Assembly: GCA_934501115.1 (NCBI GenBank)
Contig: CAKSTO010000001.1
Span: 2,022 to 66,021 of the forward strand
DNA from: an uncultured Faecalibacterium sp.
Lineage (GTDB): Bacteria; Bacillota; Clostridia; Oscillospirales; Ruminococcaceae
Length of the DNA stretch: 64,000 bases
Reading direction: 5' to 3'
Every line of letters begins with the position of its first letter. The first letter of the stretch is position 1. Shown piece by piece: positions 54,978-64,000 of this stretch. The notes beneath the pieces are model-generated. The model was given only the letters and a program-made list of their open reading frames with translations. It was not told the DNA's origin and made no database searches. A program made the translations under genes and the position numbers.

Positions 54978-55823
54978 ATGAACGCACTGGAACTGCGGGG
55001 ACTTACAAAGCACTATAAGGACTTTACCCTCGGACCGCTGGACCTGACCCTGCCCGGCGGCACTATCTGCGGATTGATCGGTGAAAACGGAGCGGGCAAA
55101 AGCACCACTATCCGGTTGGTCTTAGACATGGTGCGGCGGGACGGCGGTACCGTGACCATCCTTGGCAGGGACAGCCGCACCGCTTCCGTCTGCACCAAAG
55201 AGGAGATCGGCGTGGTGCTGGGCAGCGAGGGCATCCCCCTGTGCCTGAACGCGGTGCAGACGGGTAAGGTGATGGCAGGCATCTACCACAACTGGGACGC
55301 TGCCGCCTACGCAGAATTGTGCCAAAAGTTCGGTCTGCCGGACAAAAAGCAGTATAAGGACTACTCTACCGGCATGAAGATGAAACTGTGCATCGCCGTG
55401 GCGCTGGCGCACCACCCGAAGCTGCTGCTGTTGGACGAAGCCACCAACGGGCTGGACCCGGTGATGCGAGACGAGGTGACCGACCTGCTGTTGGATTTTG
55501 CCCGGGACGAAAACCACTCCATCCTTATCTCCTCCCATATCGTCAGCGACCTGGAAAAGCTGTGCGATACCATCGCCTTCCTGCACAAGGGCGGGCTGCT
55601 GCTCTGTGAGGAAAAGGACGCCCTGCGAGAGGAATACGCCCTGTGGCACGGTACGGCGGCGCAACTGGCGGCACTGGATACGCGGGTGTACGGCAAGCGG
55701 GTCACCCCCTACGGGGTAGAGGCGCTTGTGCGCCGGGATGCAATGCCCGCCGGGGCTGAGCTTGCCCCGGTAAGCATTGAGGAACTGTTTGTGCTGATGG
55801 TGAAAGGGGAGTGTGCTGCATGA
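54978..55823 (+). CDS. ABC transporter ATP-binding protein
   Basis: It has Walker A GENGAGKST, the signature YSTGMKMKL (degenerate LSGG) and Walker B LLLLDEATNGLD. Confidence 0.85.
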   Translation: MNALELRGLTKHYKDFTLGPLDLTLPGGTICGLIGENGAGKSTTIRLVLDMVRRDGGTVTILGRDSRTASVCTKEEIGVVLGSEGIPLCLNAVQTGKVMAGIYHNWDAAAYAELCQKFGLPDKKQYKDYSTGMKMKLCIAVALAHHPKLLLLDEATNGLDPVMRDEVTDLLLDFARDENHSILISSHIVSDLEKLCDTIAFLHKGGLLLCEEKDALREEYALWHGTAAQLAALDTRVYGKRVTPYGVEALVRRDAMPAGAELAPVSIEELFVLMVKGECAA

Positions 55824-56464
55824 AAGGCTTGCTGTTAAAGGACGCATATCAGGCATGGTATTACGCAAAAACGGTCGTTGTGGTGGCTGTAGTCATGATG
55901 GGTGTGGGTGTGATCTCGATCATGAACGGAGCCAATTTCTTCATTGTCTATGCGGGCTTTTTGCTGGGCATGATGCCCATGACACTGCTGGCATACGACC
56001 AGACCAGTAAATTCAACGAATACAGTGCCGCGCTTCCGGCCACAAAAGAGCAGCTGGTGGGGTGTAAATACATTGTTGGTCTGTGCGGGCTGGTGCTGGC
56101 AGAGGTTTTTGCCGCCGCAGCGCTTGGCGCGGCACAGCTGCACTGGGTAGCCGTGGATGGTGCGCTCGTGATCTCTACGCTGGTGCAGGTGGGCATGACC
56201 ACCCTGCTCGGCAGTACCATCCTGCTGCCGCTGAGCTACCGTTTCGGCTACGAAAAGGCAAAATATGCGTTTTATCTTATGGTCGGCCTGGTTGCGGCTC
56301 TGATGGGGTTTGGCGTGTCCGCCAATGAGGACGGCCTGGCCCGGAACCTTCTGCCGCAGGGCATCTCGTCGCTGGGGCTTCTGGGCATTGCGGTGGCGGC
56401 TCTGGCGCTGTATGCGCTTTCGTGGCGGCTGTCTGTTGCATGGTACGGAAAGGCGGAGCAGTAA
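55811..56464 (+). CDS. ABC-2-type membrane permease
   Basis: It is a 217-aa protein with six predicted TM helices. Its start overlaps the stop of the ATPase gene. Confidence 0.65.
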   Translation: MCCMKGLLLKDAYQAWYYAKTVVVVAVVMMGVGVISIMNGANFFIVYAGFLLGMMPMTLLAYDQTSKFNEYSAALPATKEQLVGCKYIVGLCGLVLAEVFAAAALGAAQLHWVAVDGALVISTLVQVGMTTLLGSTILLPLSYRFGYEKAKYAFYLMVGLVAALMGFGVSANEDGLARNLLPQGISSLGLLGIAVAALALYALSWRLSVAWYGKAEQ

Positions 56465-56465
56465 A

Positions 56466-56624
56466 ATGAAGAAAAGTCAAATCGCTGGCATCCTGTTCGG
56501 CGTTGCTATGGGCGTTTTGTTCAGCGTGCCGCTGGGAACAGTCGGTTTTGTGCTGGGCGCCAGCTTTGCAATTCTGGGCATGGTAATGTTCAAAGGGCTG
56601 GATGACCCACAGGATAAAAAGTAA
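56466..56624 (+). CDS. Small membrane protein (52 aa)
   Basis: Its ATG lies 1 nt after the permease stop. MKKSQIAGILFGVAMGVLFSVPLGTVGFVLGASFAILGMVMFKG contains two hydrophobic helices. A bidirectional terminator follows at ~56638-56690. Confidence 0.35.
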   Translation: MKKSQIAGILFGVAMGVLFSVPLGTVGFVLGASFAILGMVMFKGLDDPQDKK

Positions 56625-56682
56625 GGCGTAAAAAAGCGCCGCCCCTGCCGGAAAAGCTTCTCCGGTAAGGGCGGCGCTGTAT

Positions 56683-56922
56683 TTATTTCTCGGTCTTTTC
56701 GGCGTTTTTCTGCGCGGCTTCCAGCTCCTCCACCCGCTTTTGCAGGGCGGTGATCTTATCATCCATCTTGATGAAAGTCCAGATCAAGACCGCAAGCACC
56801 AGTGCAGGCGGAACGACCATCCACAGGGACTGCTGACACCAGCGCAGCAGCGAATAGCCGCCGAACACGATAAAAAGGAATACGGCAAACAGGCTTGCGG
56901 CCAGTACAGCAAAAAATCCCAA
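56683..56922 (-). CDS. Small membrane protein with a C-terminal coiled coil
   Basis: It has two TM segments followed by ITALQKRVEELEAAQKNAEK. Confidence 0.5.
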   Translation of the reverse strand: MGFFAVLAASLFAVFLFIVFGGYSLLRWCQQSLWMVVPPALVLAVLIWTFIKMDDKITALQKRVEELEAAQKNAEKTEK

Positions 56923-56941
56923 GCAGAAAGTCTCCTTTCGA

Positions 56942-57418
56942 TTATTCCTCTGTCTCTTCCTCGTCCGGGTCCAGCTCGATGCTGAACACGGCTTTTTTCA
57001 GCTTACCGCAGCCCTGTGCCTTCAGGCCGGATTTATAGGGCTCTCCGGCCAGATACAGGGCGAACCGCCCCTCGCACAGCATTCCGGCAATGCTGGTGCC
57101 TGCGGTGCCAACGGTGGTGTCGGCGGCTTCATCGGTGGGCTTGGTAGGGGTCAGTTCTGCAAGGCTCACCTCAAACAGCTCACAGCCGTCCAGATCGGTC
57201 TCCAGTGTGATGTGGTTGTCGTGCCGCTGGAACAGGGCCTTGTCGGAGGTCTGGGGCGTGACGGTGCTTACAGTGACCACAGCCTTATCGCCGTCGATGC
57301 GGGTGCGCCCGGCGGGCAGGGTGGTGATATCCCGCGCCATGATGTACTCGATGACGGTGTCCAGATTGTCGCTGACGCCCAGATAGTTGGGCAGGTTGTT
57401 CAGGGTATCGTAGATCAT
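56942..57418 (-). CDS. YhcH/YjgK/YiaL (DUF386) family protein
   Basis: MIYDTLNNLPNYLGVSDNLDTVIEYI is the typical N-terminus of the cupin-like DUF386 family. Confidence 0.7.
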   Translation of the reverse strand: MIYDTLNNLPNYLGVSDNLDTVIEYIMARDITTLPAGRTRIDGDKAVVTVSTVTPQTSDKALFQRHDNHITLETDLDGCELFEVSLAELTPTKPTDEAADTTVGTAGTSIAGMLCEGRFALYLAGEPYKSGLKAQGCGKLKKAVFSIELDPDEEETEE

Positions 57419-57762
57419 GGGAAAGTCCTCCAGCTGTATTGTTTTGGTTATCTGTATGGTATCACAGGCAGAGCACAGATGCAATATCAAACATGCCAGA
57501 CGATTGGGATGCGCTCCGCTTCCGCTCTGCGCATATACAGAGGAAGAATTATTTTAGATAGAGCAATCCCGGGCAGACTGCGGTCTGCCCGGGATTGCAT
57601 TTTCACGGGAAAGGCCAGGACGGAAAAATGCAGCTTACGGTTCCGACCCTCTGCGTGAAAAAAGGGTTCCAGAAATCCGCAGACTTCTGGAACCCCAATC
57701 TAAAAAATCAAATTTCCGCTGATTATGCGCAGAGCGGAAGCGGAGCGCATTTTAAATTAAAC

Positions 57763-58668
57763 TTACTCTGCGTCCTTGGGGTCGGTCATCAGTTCCTTGA
57801 TGCTGGGCACGACGCCGCCCAGATTCTGCAATTCCGAGGGAATGATGATCTTGGTTGCCTTGCCGTTGGCGACCTTGGCCAGCGCTTCCAGACTGCGGAT
57901 GGCCAGCACCTTGTCGCTGGGCATGGCCTCGTTCAGCAGGCGGATGGCATCGGCGTTGGCTTTCTGAACGGCCAGAATGGCCTGTGCTTCGCCCTCGGCT
58001 TCCAGAATGCGCTGCTGCTTCACAGCGTCTGCACGCAGGATGGCGGCTTCCTTTTCGCCCTCGGCGGCAGTGATGGCGGCCTGCTTTTCGCCGTCGGCCT
58101 TCAGGATCACGGCGCGCTTTTCGCGCTCAGCCTTCATCTGCTTCTCCATGGCTTCCTGGATTTCACGCGGCGGGATGATGTTCTTCACCTCTACGCGGTT
58201 CACCTTGATGCCCCACTTGTCGGTGGCTTCGTCGAGGATGGCGGTGATCTTGCCGTTGATGACATCACGGCTGGTCAGGGTGTGATCCAGCTCCATTTCG
58301 CCGATGATGTTGCGCAGGGTGGTGGCAGACAGGCTTTCGATGGCGGCGATGGGCTGGTTGACACCGTAGGTGTAGAGCTTGGCGTCCATCACCTGAAAGA
58401 ACACCACGGTATCGATCTGCATGGTAACATTATCGCGGGTGATGACCGGCTGAGGGGGAAAGTCGGCCACCTGCTCCTTCAGGCTCACCTTTTTGGCGAT
58501 GCGCTCGATGAAGGGAATCTTGATGTGCAGGCCTGCCGACCATGTGTCGGAGTAGCTGCCCAGCCGCTCAACGACGTACACCTTGGACTGCGGCACGATG
58601 ACGATGTTGGTGATGACCACCAGCAGGACGACAAAGACCAGCGCGAGGATTAGAAAAAACATGACCAT
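57763..58668 (-). CDS. SPFH/band-7 (stomatin/prohibitin-like) membrane protein
   Basis: It has an N-terminal TM segment, an SPFH core (VVERLGSYSDTWSAGLHIKIPFIERI) and a coiled-coil Ala/Glu-rich tail. Confidence 0.85.
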   Translation of the reverse strand: MVMFFLILALVFVVLLVVITNIVIVPQSKVYVVERLGSYSDTWSAGLHIKIPFIERIAKKVSLKEQVADFPPQPVITRDNVTMQIDTVVFFQVMDAKLYTYGVNQPIAAIESLSATTLRNIIGEMELDHTLTSRDVINGKITAILDEATDKWGIKVNRVEVKNIIPPREIQEAMEKQMKAEREKRAVILKADGEKQAAITAAEGEKEAAILRADAVKQQRILEAEGEAQAILAVQKANADAIRLLNEAMPSDKVLAIRSLEALAKVANGKATKIIIPSELQNLGGVVPSIKELMTDPKDAE

Positions 58669-58718
58669 AGGGGTGCTCCTTTTTTCAGATGAATGTAACA
58701 TTTCAGCGCAAAAAGCGA

Positions 58719-59168
58719 TCACGCTCTGCGGCTTTCGGTCAATACGGGCTCCACGATGAGCAGGGTGCTGTGCAGTTCGGTCACGCGGCAGCGCTGCCCG
58801 GGGGTGAGGGTGTCACCGGGGGTGGCGCAGCGGGCATTCCAGTCCACGCCGTCCAGCCGCACACGTCCCGGCAGGTCGGCGGTGACGGTGGTCAGCACGG
58901 TGGCCTCCCGGCCAAGGTTGCGGTCGCCATTGGTGGGAACGTTTTTCTGGCGCAGCTTTGCGGCCAGTGGACGGAATGCCAGCAGGCACAGGATGCTCAC
59001 CACGATGAACACCAGCGCCTGCACCCGGAACGAACCGGTGAACAGGCAGGTGAGCAGGGCAGCAGCAGCCCCGGCAGCGAACCAGACGGAAGTCATGCTG
59101 AAGGTGGAAGCCTCTAACAGCAGAAAGCCCACCACGGCAGCCAGCCAGAGAAATGGAACAGGATTCAT
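58719..59168 (-). CDS. NfeD-family membrane protein (short form, OB-fold), partner of the SPFH protein
   Basis: It has N-terminal TM helices and a C-terminal beta-rich domain (GRVRLDGVDWNARC), and sits immediately upstream of the SPFH gene. Confidence 0.75.
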   Translation of the reverse strand: MNPVPFLWLAAVVGFLLLEASTFSMTSVWFAAGAAAALLTCLFTGSFRVQALVFIVVSILCLLAFRPLAAKLRQKNVPTNGDRNLGREATVLTTVTADLPGRVRLDGVDWNARCATPGDTLTPGQRCRVTELHSTLLIVEPVLTESRRA

Positions 59169-59425
59169 GGGTCTCCCTCCTTATGCCCCTATTATAGAGT
59201 ATCCCCCGGGTGGAAGGTCAAGCGTTTTTTGCTGGAACGTTGCGCAGAAAACGAAATAAAGAACAAAATAAATGAAAAGCAGTGCAAGATGTAGTTTGCG
59301 GATACGGCCCTTTGCGTGAAAATGCAACAACGGGCAGCCCGCAGGCTGCCCGTTGTTGCGATAATAAAAGATAAAATTTCCTCTGAATGTGCCCAGAGCG
59401 AACGCGGCGGGCATTCAAATCGTTT

Positions 59426-61282
59426 TTACTGGATATCGTAATAGCTGTGATCCGGGTTGTGGCCGTTCTCCTCCACCACGATGGTAAAGCCCATGGGGTT
59501 CACTTCCGTGTGCTTGCCGGACGCCAGCGGCTCCACGATGATGTGCTCAGAGCGGTTCACGATGACCTCAGCCGTTTCAAGCGCACCCACGCGCTGGTAG
59601 TGCAGGATGCCGTCCTGCGCCCGCAGCACCCGCAGCTCACCGGTGCGGAAGGCCTCGCAGCTGTGGCGCAGCTGTGCCAGCTGTGCCAGCACCGGCTTCA
59701 GGCGCTTTTCGTGGCTGTCCCAGCAGAAGAAGGCGCGGTTGAAGGGGTCGCGGTAGCCCTGCATCCCGATCTCGTCGCCGTAGTACAGGCAGGGCACGCC
59801 GGGCAGCGTGTAGATGATGGCATAGGCCATGCGCAGGCGCAGCATCCCTTCCTCGTAGGCTTCGCCGGTCACACAGCGGCCGCTCTGCCACTCGCGGCCA
59901 CGGCCATTGGCGGGCTCGTCCGCAATGACAGTCAGGGCACGTTCGGTGTCGTGGGTGGAGAGAAAGTTCAGTGCAGTGTCCATGGCAGGGGCGGGGTAGT
60001 GCTCACAGATGGACAGGATCTCGCCCATGGCCTGTTCGGCGGGCTTACCCTTTACAAAATCCAGCACAGCATTCTTGAAGGGGTAGTTCATCACGCTGTC
60101 CAGCCCCTTGCCCAGCAGGTAGGTGCGGCGCTGGCCATAGCCGTATTTGGTGGTGGCGTCCTCCCACACCTCGCCCAGCAGGAACTTCTCCGGGCTGACC
60201 CGCTTGACAGCGGCGCGGATCTTTTCGATGAAGTCGTCCGGCAGCTCGTCGGCCACATCCAGACGGAAGCCTGCGGCACCGCGCCGCAGCCATGTGTCGA
60301 TGACGCCGCCCTCGCCGGTGATGAACTCCACAAACGATGGGGTCTCTTCGTTCACCTCCGGCAGGGTCTCAAACCCCCACCAGCTGCGGTAGCCGCCCTT
60401 ATACTTGGGGTCAAAATCGTACCAGCTGCGGTAGGGAGAACTGGGGTCGCGGTAAGCGCCGCCGTCACCATAGCGGCCCTCGCGGTTGAAATAGCGGCTG
60501 TCAGAACCGGTGTGGCTGAACACGCCGTCCAGCACGATGCCAATGCCGTACTTGGCTGCCTCGCGGCAGAGCACCTCGAACTCCTCATTGGTACCCAGCA
60601 GCGGGTCCACGTTGAGATAGTCGGCGGTGTTGTAGCGGTGGTTGGAGTGCGCCTCAAAGATGGGGTTGAGGTAAAGGTAGTCCACCCCCATCTCCTGCAG
60701 ATAGGGCAGCTTGATGCGGATGCCTTCCAGATCGCCGCCGAAATAGTCCTCATTCAGGTGGCCGCCGGTCTCGTTGGGCTGCCAGAAGGGCTCGGCGTGC
60801 TTGTCGGCCTGATACAGCCGATCCGGGAAGGGCATGGGCTTGTTCTCAATGCCCTCGCAGAACCGATCCGGGAAGATCTGATAAAATACCTTGCCCTTGA
60901 TGCACTCCGGGGTCTGGAAACCGGCGTCGTAGACGGTGATCTGCCACTTTTCGCCTTCCTGCCAGCTGACAACGCCGCAGTTGTCCGATCCGCGGTAGAT
61001 GCGGCGGAAGTCAGTGTAGAGGTCGAAATAGTAGAAGTACAGACCCGGGTCGTTCAGCGGCAGCTCCACCGAAAAATGGTTCTGGTGAGGAGTCTGGCCG
61101 TCGAACTTCATGCGGTAGTGCACCGGCACGTCGTATTTTCCTTCCTTCTGGAGCACCAGATGCGGATCGACATAGCCCAGCTCTTCCGGGATGCAGAGGG
61201 TCAGGTGCACGGTCTGACCGGCTCGCAGCGCACCAAATGGCTGCTTGAAATAGGGGTCGTAGCTATTGAACAGACAAGACAA
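59426..61282 (-). CDS. GH13 alpha-amylase-family enzyme (neopullulanase/cyclomaltodextrinase-like)
   Basis: It has GH13 conserved regions DGVFSHT, GFRLDVADE, EVWE and FLSTHD. It has an N-terminal domain typical of neopullulanases. Start is assigned to the TTG at 61282 (AAAGGA RBS); the ORF track extends to 61408, into a repeat element and a terminator. Confidence 0.75.
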   Translation of the reverse strand: MSCLFNSYDPYFKQPFGALRAGQTVHLTLCIPEELGYVDPHLVLQKEGKYDVPVHYRMKFDGQTPHQNHFSVELPLNDPGLYFYYFDLYTDFRRIYRGSDNCGVVSWQEGEKWQITVYDAGFQTPECIKGKVFYQIFPDRFCEGIENKPMPFPDRLYQADKHAEPFWQPNETGGHLNEDYFGGDLEGIRIKLPYLQEMGVDYLYLNPIFEAHSNHRYNTADYLNVDPLLGTNEEFEVLCREAAKYGIGIVLDGVFSHTGSDSRYFNREGRYGDGGAYRDPSSPYRSWYDFDPKYKGGYRSWWGFETLPEVNEETPSFVEFITGEGGVIDTWLRRGAAGFRLDVADELPDDFIEKIRAAVKRVSPEKFLLGEVWEDATTKYGYGQRRTYLLGKGLDSVMNYPFKNAVLDFVKGKPAEQAMGEILSICEHYPAPAMDTALNFLSTHDTERALTVIADEPANGRGREWQSGRCVTGEAYEEGMLRLRMAYAIIYTLPGVPCLYYGDEIGMQGYRDPFNRAFFCWDSHEKRLKPVLAQLAQLRHSCEAFRTGELRVLRAQDGILHYQRVGALETAEVIVNRSEHIIVEPLASGKHTEVNPMGFTIVVEENGHNPDHSYYDIQ

Positions 61283-61342
61283 AGCAGGGTCGTCCTTTCT
61301 CAAAAAAGCCCCGGCGGGCCAAACGCCGCCGGGGCAGATGAA

Positions 61343-61478
61343 TTTTTTAGCAAACCCTCTCAGGCTGCCTTCGGCATCCAGCTCCCCCGAGGGGGGAGCT
61401 TTTTGCAAGAGAGGGAAACTTTCAGGGAAGAACTCTTAAACCTCGCCCTTCGGGAGAGGTGGCATTGCGTAGCAATGA
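61343..61478 (+). repeat. Copy D of the intergenic repeat family, in the same orientation as copy A
   Basis: It reads aaccctctcaggct...cagctcccccgaggggggagc...cctcgcccttcgggagaggtggca...gacggagaggg. A GC hairpin plus T-run terminator lies adjacent at ~61301-61335 on the minus strand. Confidence 0.7.
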
Positions 61479-61492
61479 CGGAGAGGGTTTTC

Positions 61493-63898
61493 TTACTTGC
61501 CCATGGGCACCGGGGAAGCGTACCAGATATCGTGTGCGTAATCCAGCACAGAGCGGTCGGCGCTGAAGATGCCGCTGTTGGCAATGTTCTTCAGGCTCAT
61601 GTGTGCCCACTTCTCGCGGTCAGCATACAGCTTCTGCAGGTCGGCCTGTGCGCGGCGGTAATCCTTGAAGTCGGCCATGACCATATACGGGTCGCTGCTG
61701 CGCAGGTTCTCGGTCACTTCGTGGAAGTTCTCGCCGTTCCAGCCGCGCTCCAGGAAGTTCAGAGCGTTGTTGGCAACATCGTCGCCCATGATGAAGGCGT
61801 TGGGGTGGTAGCCCACCTGCTTGAGGTTGTTCACCTCGGGGGTCAGCATACCGAAGATCAGCTCGTTCTCCTTGCCGGCAGCGTCTGCGATCTCCACGTT
61901 TGCGCCGTCCAGAGTGCCCAGAGTGATAGCGCCGTTCAGCATGAACTTCATATTGCCGGTACCGGAAGCCTCGGTGCCTGCCAGAGAGATCTGCTCAGAG
62001 ACCTCGGCAGCGGGCATCAGATGCTCGCTCAGAGAGACGCAGTACTCTTCCAGATAGACCACGCGCAGCTTGTCGCGCACGGCGGGGTCGTTATTGATGA
62101 GGTCGCCCAGCTTGCAGATCATGCGGATCATCTGCTTTGCCATGTAGTAGCCGGGGGCAGCCTTTGCACCGAAGATATAGGTCTTGGGGATGAAGTCGGC
62201 GTTGGGGTTTTCCTTCAGGTACAGGTACTGGGCAGCGATGTTCAGCGCGTTCAGGTGCTGGCGCTTGTACTCGTGCATACGCTTGACCTGGCAGTCAAAG
62301 ATGGAGTTCGGGTCGATGACCTGACCGGTGCTCTTTGCCAGATAGCTGGCAAAGCTGGTCTTGTTCGCCAGTTTGATCTCGTTCAGGCGCTTGAGAACGG
62401 TCTTGTCATTCTCGAACTTGTTCAGCTTGGACAGGTCGGCGGCATCGTGCTTGTAGCCGTCGCCGATGGTCTCATCCAGCAGCTTGCACAGGCCGGGGTT
62501 AGAGGCCAGCAGCCAGCGGCGGTAAGCGATGCCGTTGGTCACGTTCTTGAAGGCCTGCGGCTTGAACAGGTAGTAATCGTGGAAGACGCTGTCCTTGATG
62601 ATCTCGCTGTGCAGCTTGGACACGCCGTTGATGCTGTTGGCGGTGTAGGCGCAGATGTTTGCCATGCGCACCTGATTGTCGCCGATCAGTGCCATATAGT
62701 CGATCTTGCCCTTGTCGCCGGGGAATGCCTTCTCCAGCTCAGCGCGGGCACGGCGATCCATCTCGACCACGATCTGGTAGATGCGGGGCAGGGTCATCTT
62801 GAAGATGTCCACATTCCACTTTTCCAGAGCCTCAGCCATGACGGTGTGGTTGGTGTAGGAGAAGACCTTCTGGCAGATGCTGAAAGCCTTGTCCCAGCCA
62901 AAGCCGCACTCATCCAGCAGGATGCGCATCATTTCGGGGATGGCCAGAGTCGGATGGGTATCATTCAGCTGGATAGCGACCTTGTCAGGCAGGTTCTCCA
63001 GAGTGGCATAGCTGGACAGGTGGTTCTGGACGATATCGCCGATGGATGCAGCAGACAGGAAATACTGCTGGCGCAGACGCAGGATCTTGCCCTCGACATG
63101 GTTGTCGTTGGGGTACAGCACCTTGGAGATCAGCTCGGCATTGGCATTTTTGCTCATGGCCGTGTTGTAGTTGCCCAGAGAGAAGCTGGACATATCGAAG
63201 TCAGGAGCCTTTGCCTGCCACAGACGCAGCTTGGCAACACCCTTTCCGTCGTAGCCCTGCACATACATATCGGAGGGAACAGCCATGACGCTGTTGTAGT
63301 TGGTGTGCTGGATGTAGTGGAAGCCGTTGTCCCAGTTCTCGTGGATCTCGCCGTCAAAGCGGACTTCCACGGCCTGATCGGGGTGGCTCTTCAGCCAGAC
63401 CTGACCGCCGGGCAGCCAGTTGTCGGCACGCTCCTGCTGCCAGCCGTCCACGATCTTCTGTTTGAAGATGCCGTATTCATACAGGATGGAGTATCCGGTG
63501 CCGCAGATGCCAGTGGTGGCCATGCCGTCCAGATAGCAGGCAGCCAGACGACCCAGACCGCCGTTGCCCAGACCTGCATCCGGCTCTTCCTCAAAGATAC
63601 TGTCAATGCTGATGTCGGCGTCAGACAGAGCCTTCTTTGCCACCTCGTCCAGACCCAGATTCAGCAGGCTGGTCTTCAGGCTGCGACCCATCAGGAACTC
63701 CATGCAAAGGTAGTAGACCTGCTTGGTGCCGGTGCCGATGGCCTTGGACTGGAACTTTTTGTGGTTTTCGCTCATCATCTGGCGGCAGATCAAAGCCAGA
63801 GAACGGTAAATCTGCTGGTTGGAGGCAACGCTCAGCTCAACGCCGTACTCGCTGGTGAGCTTGTCCTGAAGAATTTTGCCAAATTCCTTCGATGTCAT
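61493..63898 (-). CDS. glgP: Glycogen/maltodextrin phosphorylase (GT35), paralog 2
   Basis: [28 protein letters not shown] is the PLP-site signature. The protein is 801 aa and sits directly upstream of the GH13 gene on the same strand. Confidence 0.9.
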   Translation of the reverse strand: MTSKEFGKILQDKLTSEYGVELSVASNQQIYRSLALICRQMMSENHKKFQSKAIGTGTKQVYYLCMEFLMGRSLKTSLLNLGLDEVAKKALSDADISIDSIFEEEPDAGLGNGGLGRLAACYLDGMATTGICGTGYSILYEYGIFKQKIVDGWQQERADNWLPGGQVWLKSHPDQAVEVRFDGEIHENWDNGFHYIQHTNYNSVMAVPSDMYVQGYDGKGVAKLRLWQAKAPDFDMSSFSLGNYNTAMSKNANAELISKVLYPNDNHVEGKILRLRQQYFLSAASIGDIVQNHLSSYATLENLPDKVAIQLNDTHPTLAIPEMMRILLDECGFGWDKAFSICQKVFSYTNHTVMAEALEKWNVDIFKMTLPRIYQIVVEMDRRARAELEKAFPGDKGKIDYMALIGDNQVRMANICAYTANSINGVSKLHSEIIKDSVFHDYYLFKPQAFKNVTNGIAYRRWLLASNPGLCKLLDETIGDGYKHDAADLSKLNKFENDKTVLKRLNEIKLANKTSFASYLAKSTGQVIDPNSIFDCQVKRMHEYKRQHLNALNIAAQYLYLKENPNADFIPKTYIFGAKAAPGYYMAKQMIRMICKLGDLINNDPAVRDKLRVVYLEEYCVSLSEHLMPAAEVSEQISLAGTEASGTGNMKFMLNGAITLGTLDGANVEIADAAGKENELIFGMLTPEVNNLKQVGYHPNAFIMGDDVANNALNFLERGWNGENFHEVTENLRSSDPYMVMADFKDYRRAQADLQKLYADREKWAHMSLKNIANSGIFSADRSVLDYAHDIWYASPVPMGK

Positions 63899-64000
63899 AA
63901 AGGTACTCCTATCCGCATAAGTTTTCAGCTTTGCTAAAATAATTGAAACAATTGGCGATCACAGGCACTTTCCCTCACATGCACTGCAGCCAACATAACA

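Noticed and set aside
59387-63937. 1516-aa plus-strand ORF spanning the amylase/phosphorylase region
   Set aside because: It is antisense to two well-supported minus-strand genes, GH13 and GT35 with the PLP signature. It has no recognisable motifs. It is a long stop-free antisense frame of the kind that arises by chance in high-GC DNA.
1-64000. CRISPR arrays, rRNA and tRNA genes
   Set aside because: There are no regularly spaced direct repeats. No tRNA-like cloverleaf signatures (GTTCGA/TTCGAAT T-loops in context) and no rRNA-like conserved stretches were seen on either strand.

Overview
The window looks like a 64 kb chromosomal segment from a high-GC Firmicutes/Clostridia gut anaerobe. Gene content and codon usage would fit a Faecalibacterium/Oscillospiraceae-like genome, but this is a guess made from composition only. 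The left ~10.8 kb is a composite accessory/defence island. Its sequence shows a partial gene at the window edge, an XRE-family HTH regulator, and a translationally coupled pair: a gamma-class NPPY N6-adenine DNA methyltransferase followed by a giant T5orf172(GIY-YIG-like)-SNF2/DEAH-helicase protein that ends in a catalytically incomplete methyltransferase-like lobe. It also shows a RelB/ParE toxin-antitoxin pair, a large serine recombinase with terminator, a secreted C39-like cysteine peptidase and a low-GC Mrr type IV restriction endonuclease. The rest is core metabolism and housekeeping: rluA-family pseudouridine synthase, a T-box-regulated alaS, HIT protein, phosphoribosyltransferase, ComEC, LacI, two glycogen phosphorylase paralogs, AraC, a heterodimeric ABC exporter, PfkB kinase, a short pyruvate-kinase-like protein, an alanine:cation symporter, adenine deaminase, a Na+-decarboxylase beta subunit, a GlpA-like FAD oxidoreductase trio, a TRAP transporter with two Gfo/Idh/MocA oxidoreductases, LMW-PTP, mutarotase, proS, acpP, dapF, dapL, a YtrA-like GntR/ABC operon, an SPFH/NfeD pair and a GH13 amylase. 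The observations I rate as most worth a second look are the atypical restriction-modification(RM)-like helicase/nuclease/methyltransferase module with a compositionally mosaic methyltransferase gene, a candidate type I toxin/antisense-sRNA locus between the mutarotase gene and proS, a four-copy ~135-140 bp intergenic repeat family with terminal inverted repeats, and a multi-domain protein with Pro/Ala/Glu-rich linkers and a NERD/PD-(D/E)xK-like C-terminal domain. Many long ORFs in the six-frame track are antisense artefacts of high GC and were not called.
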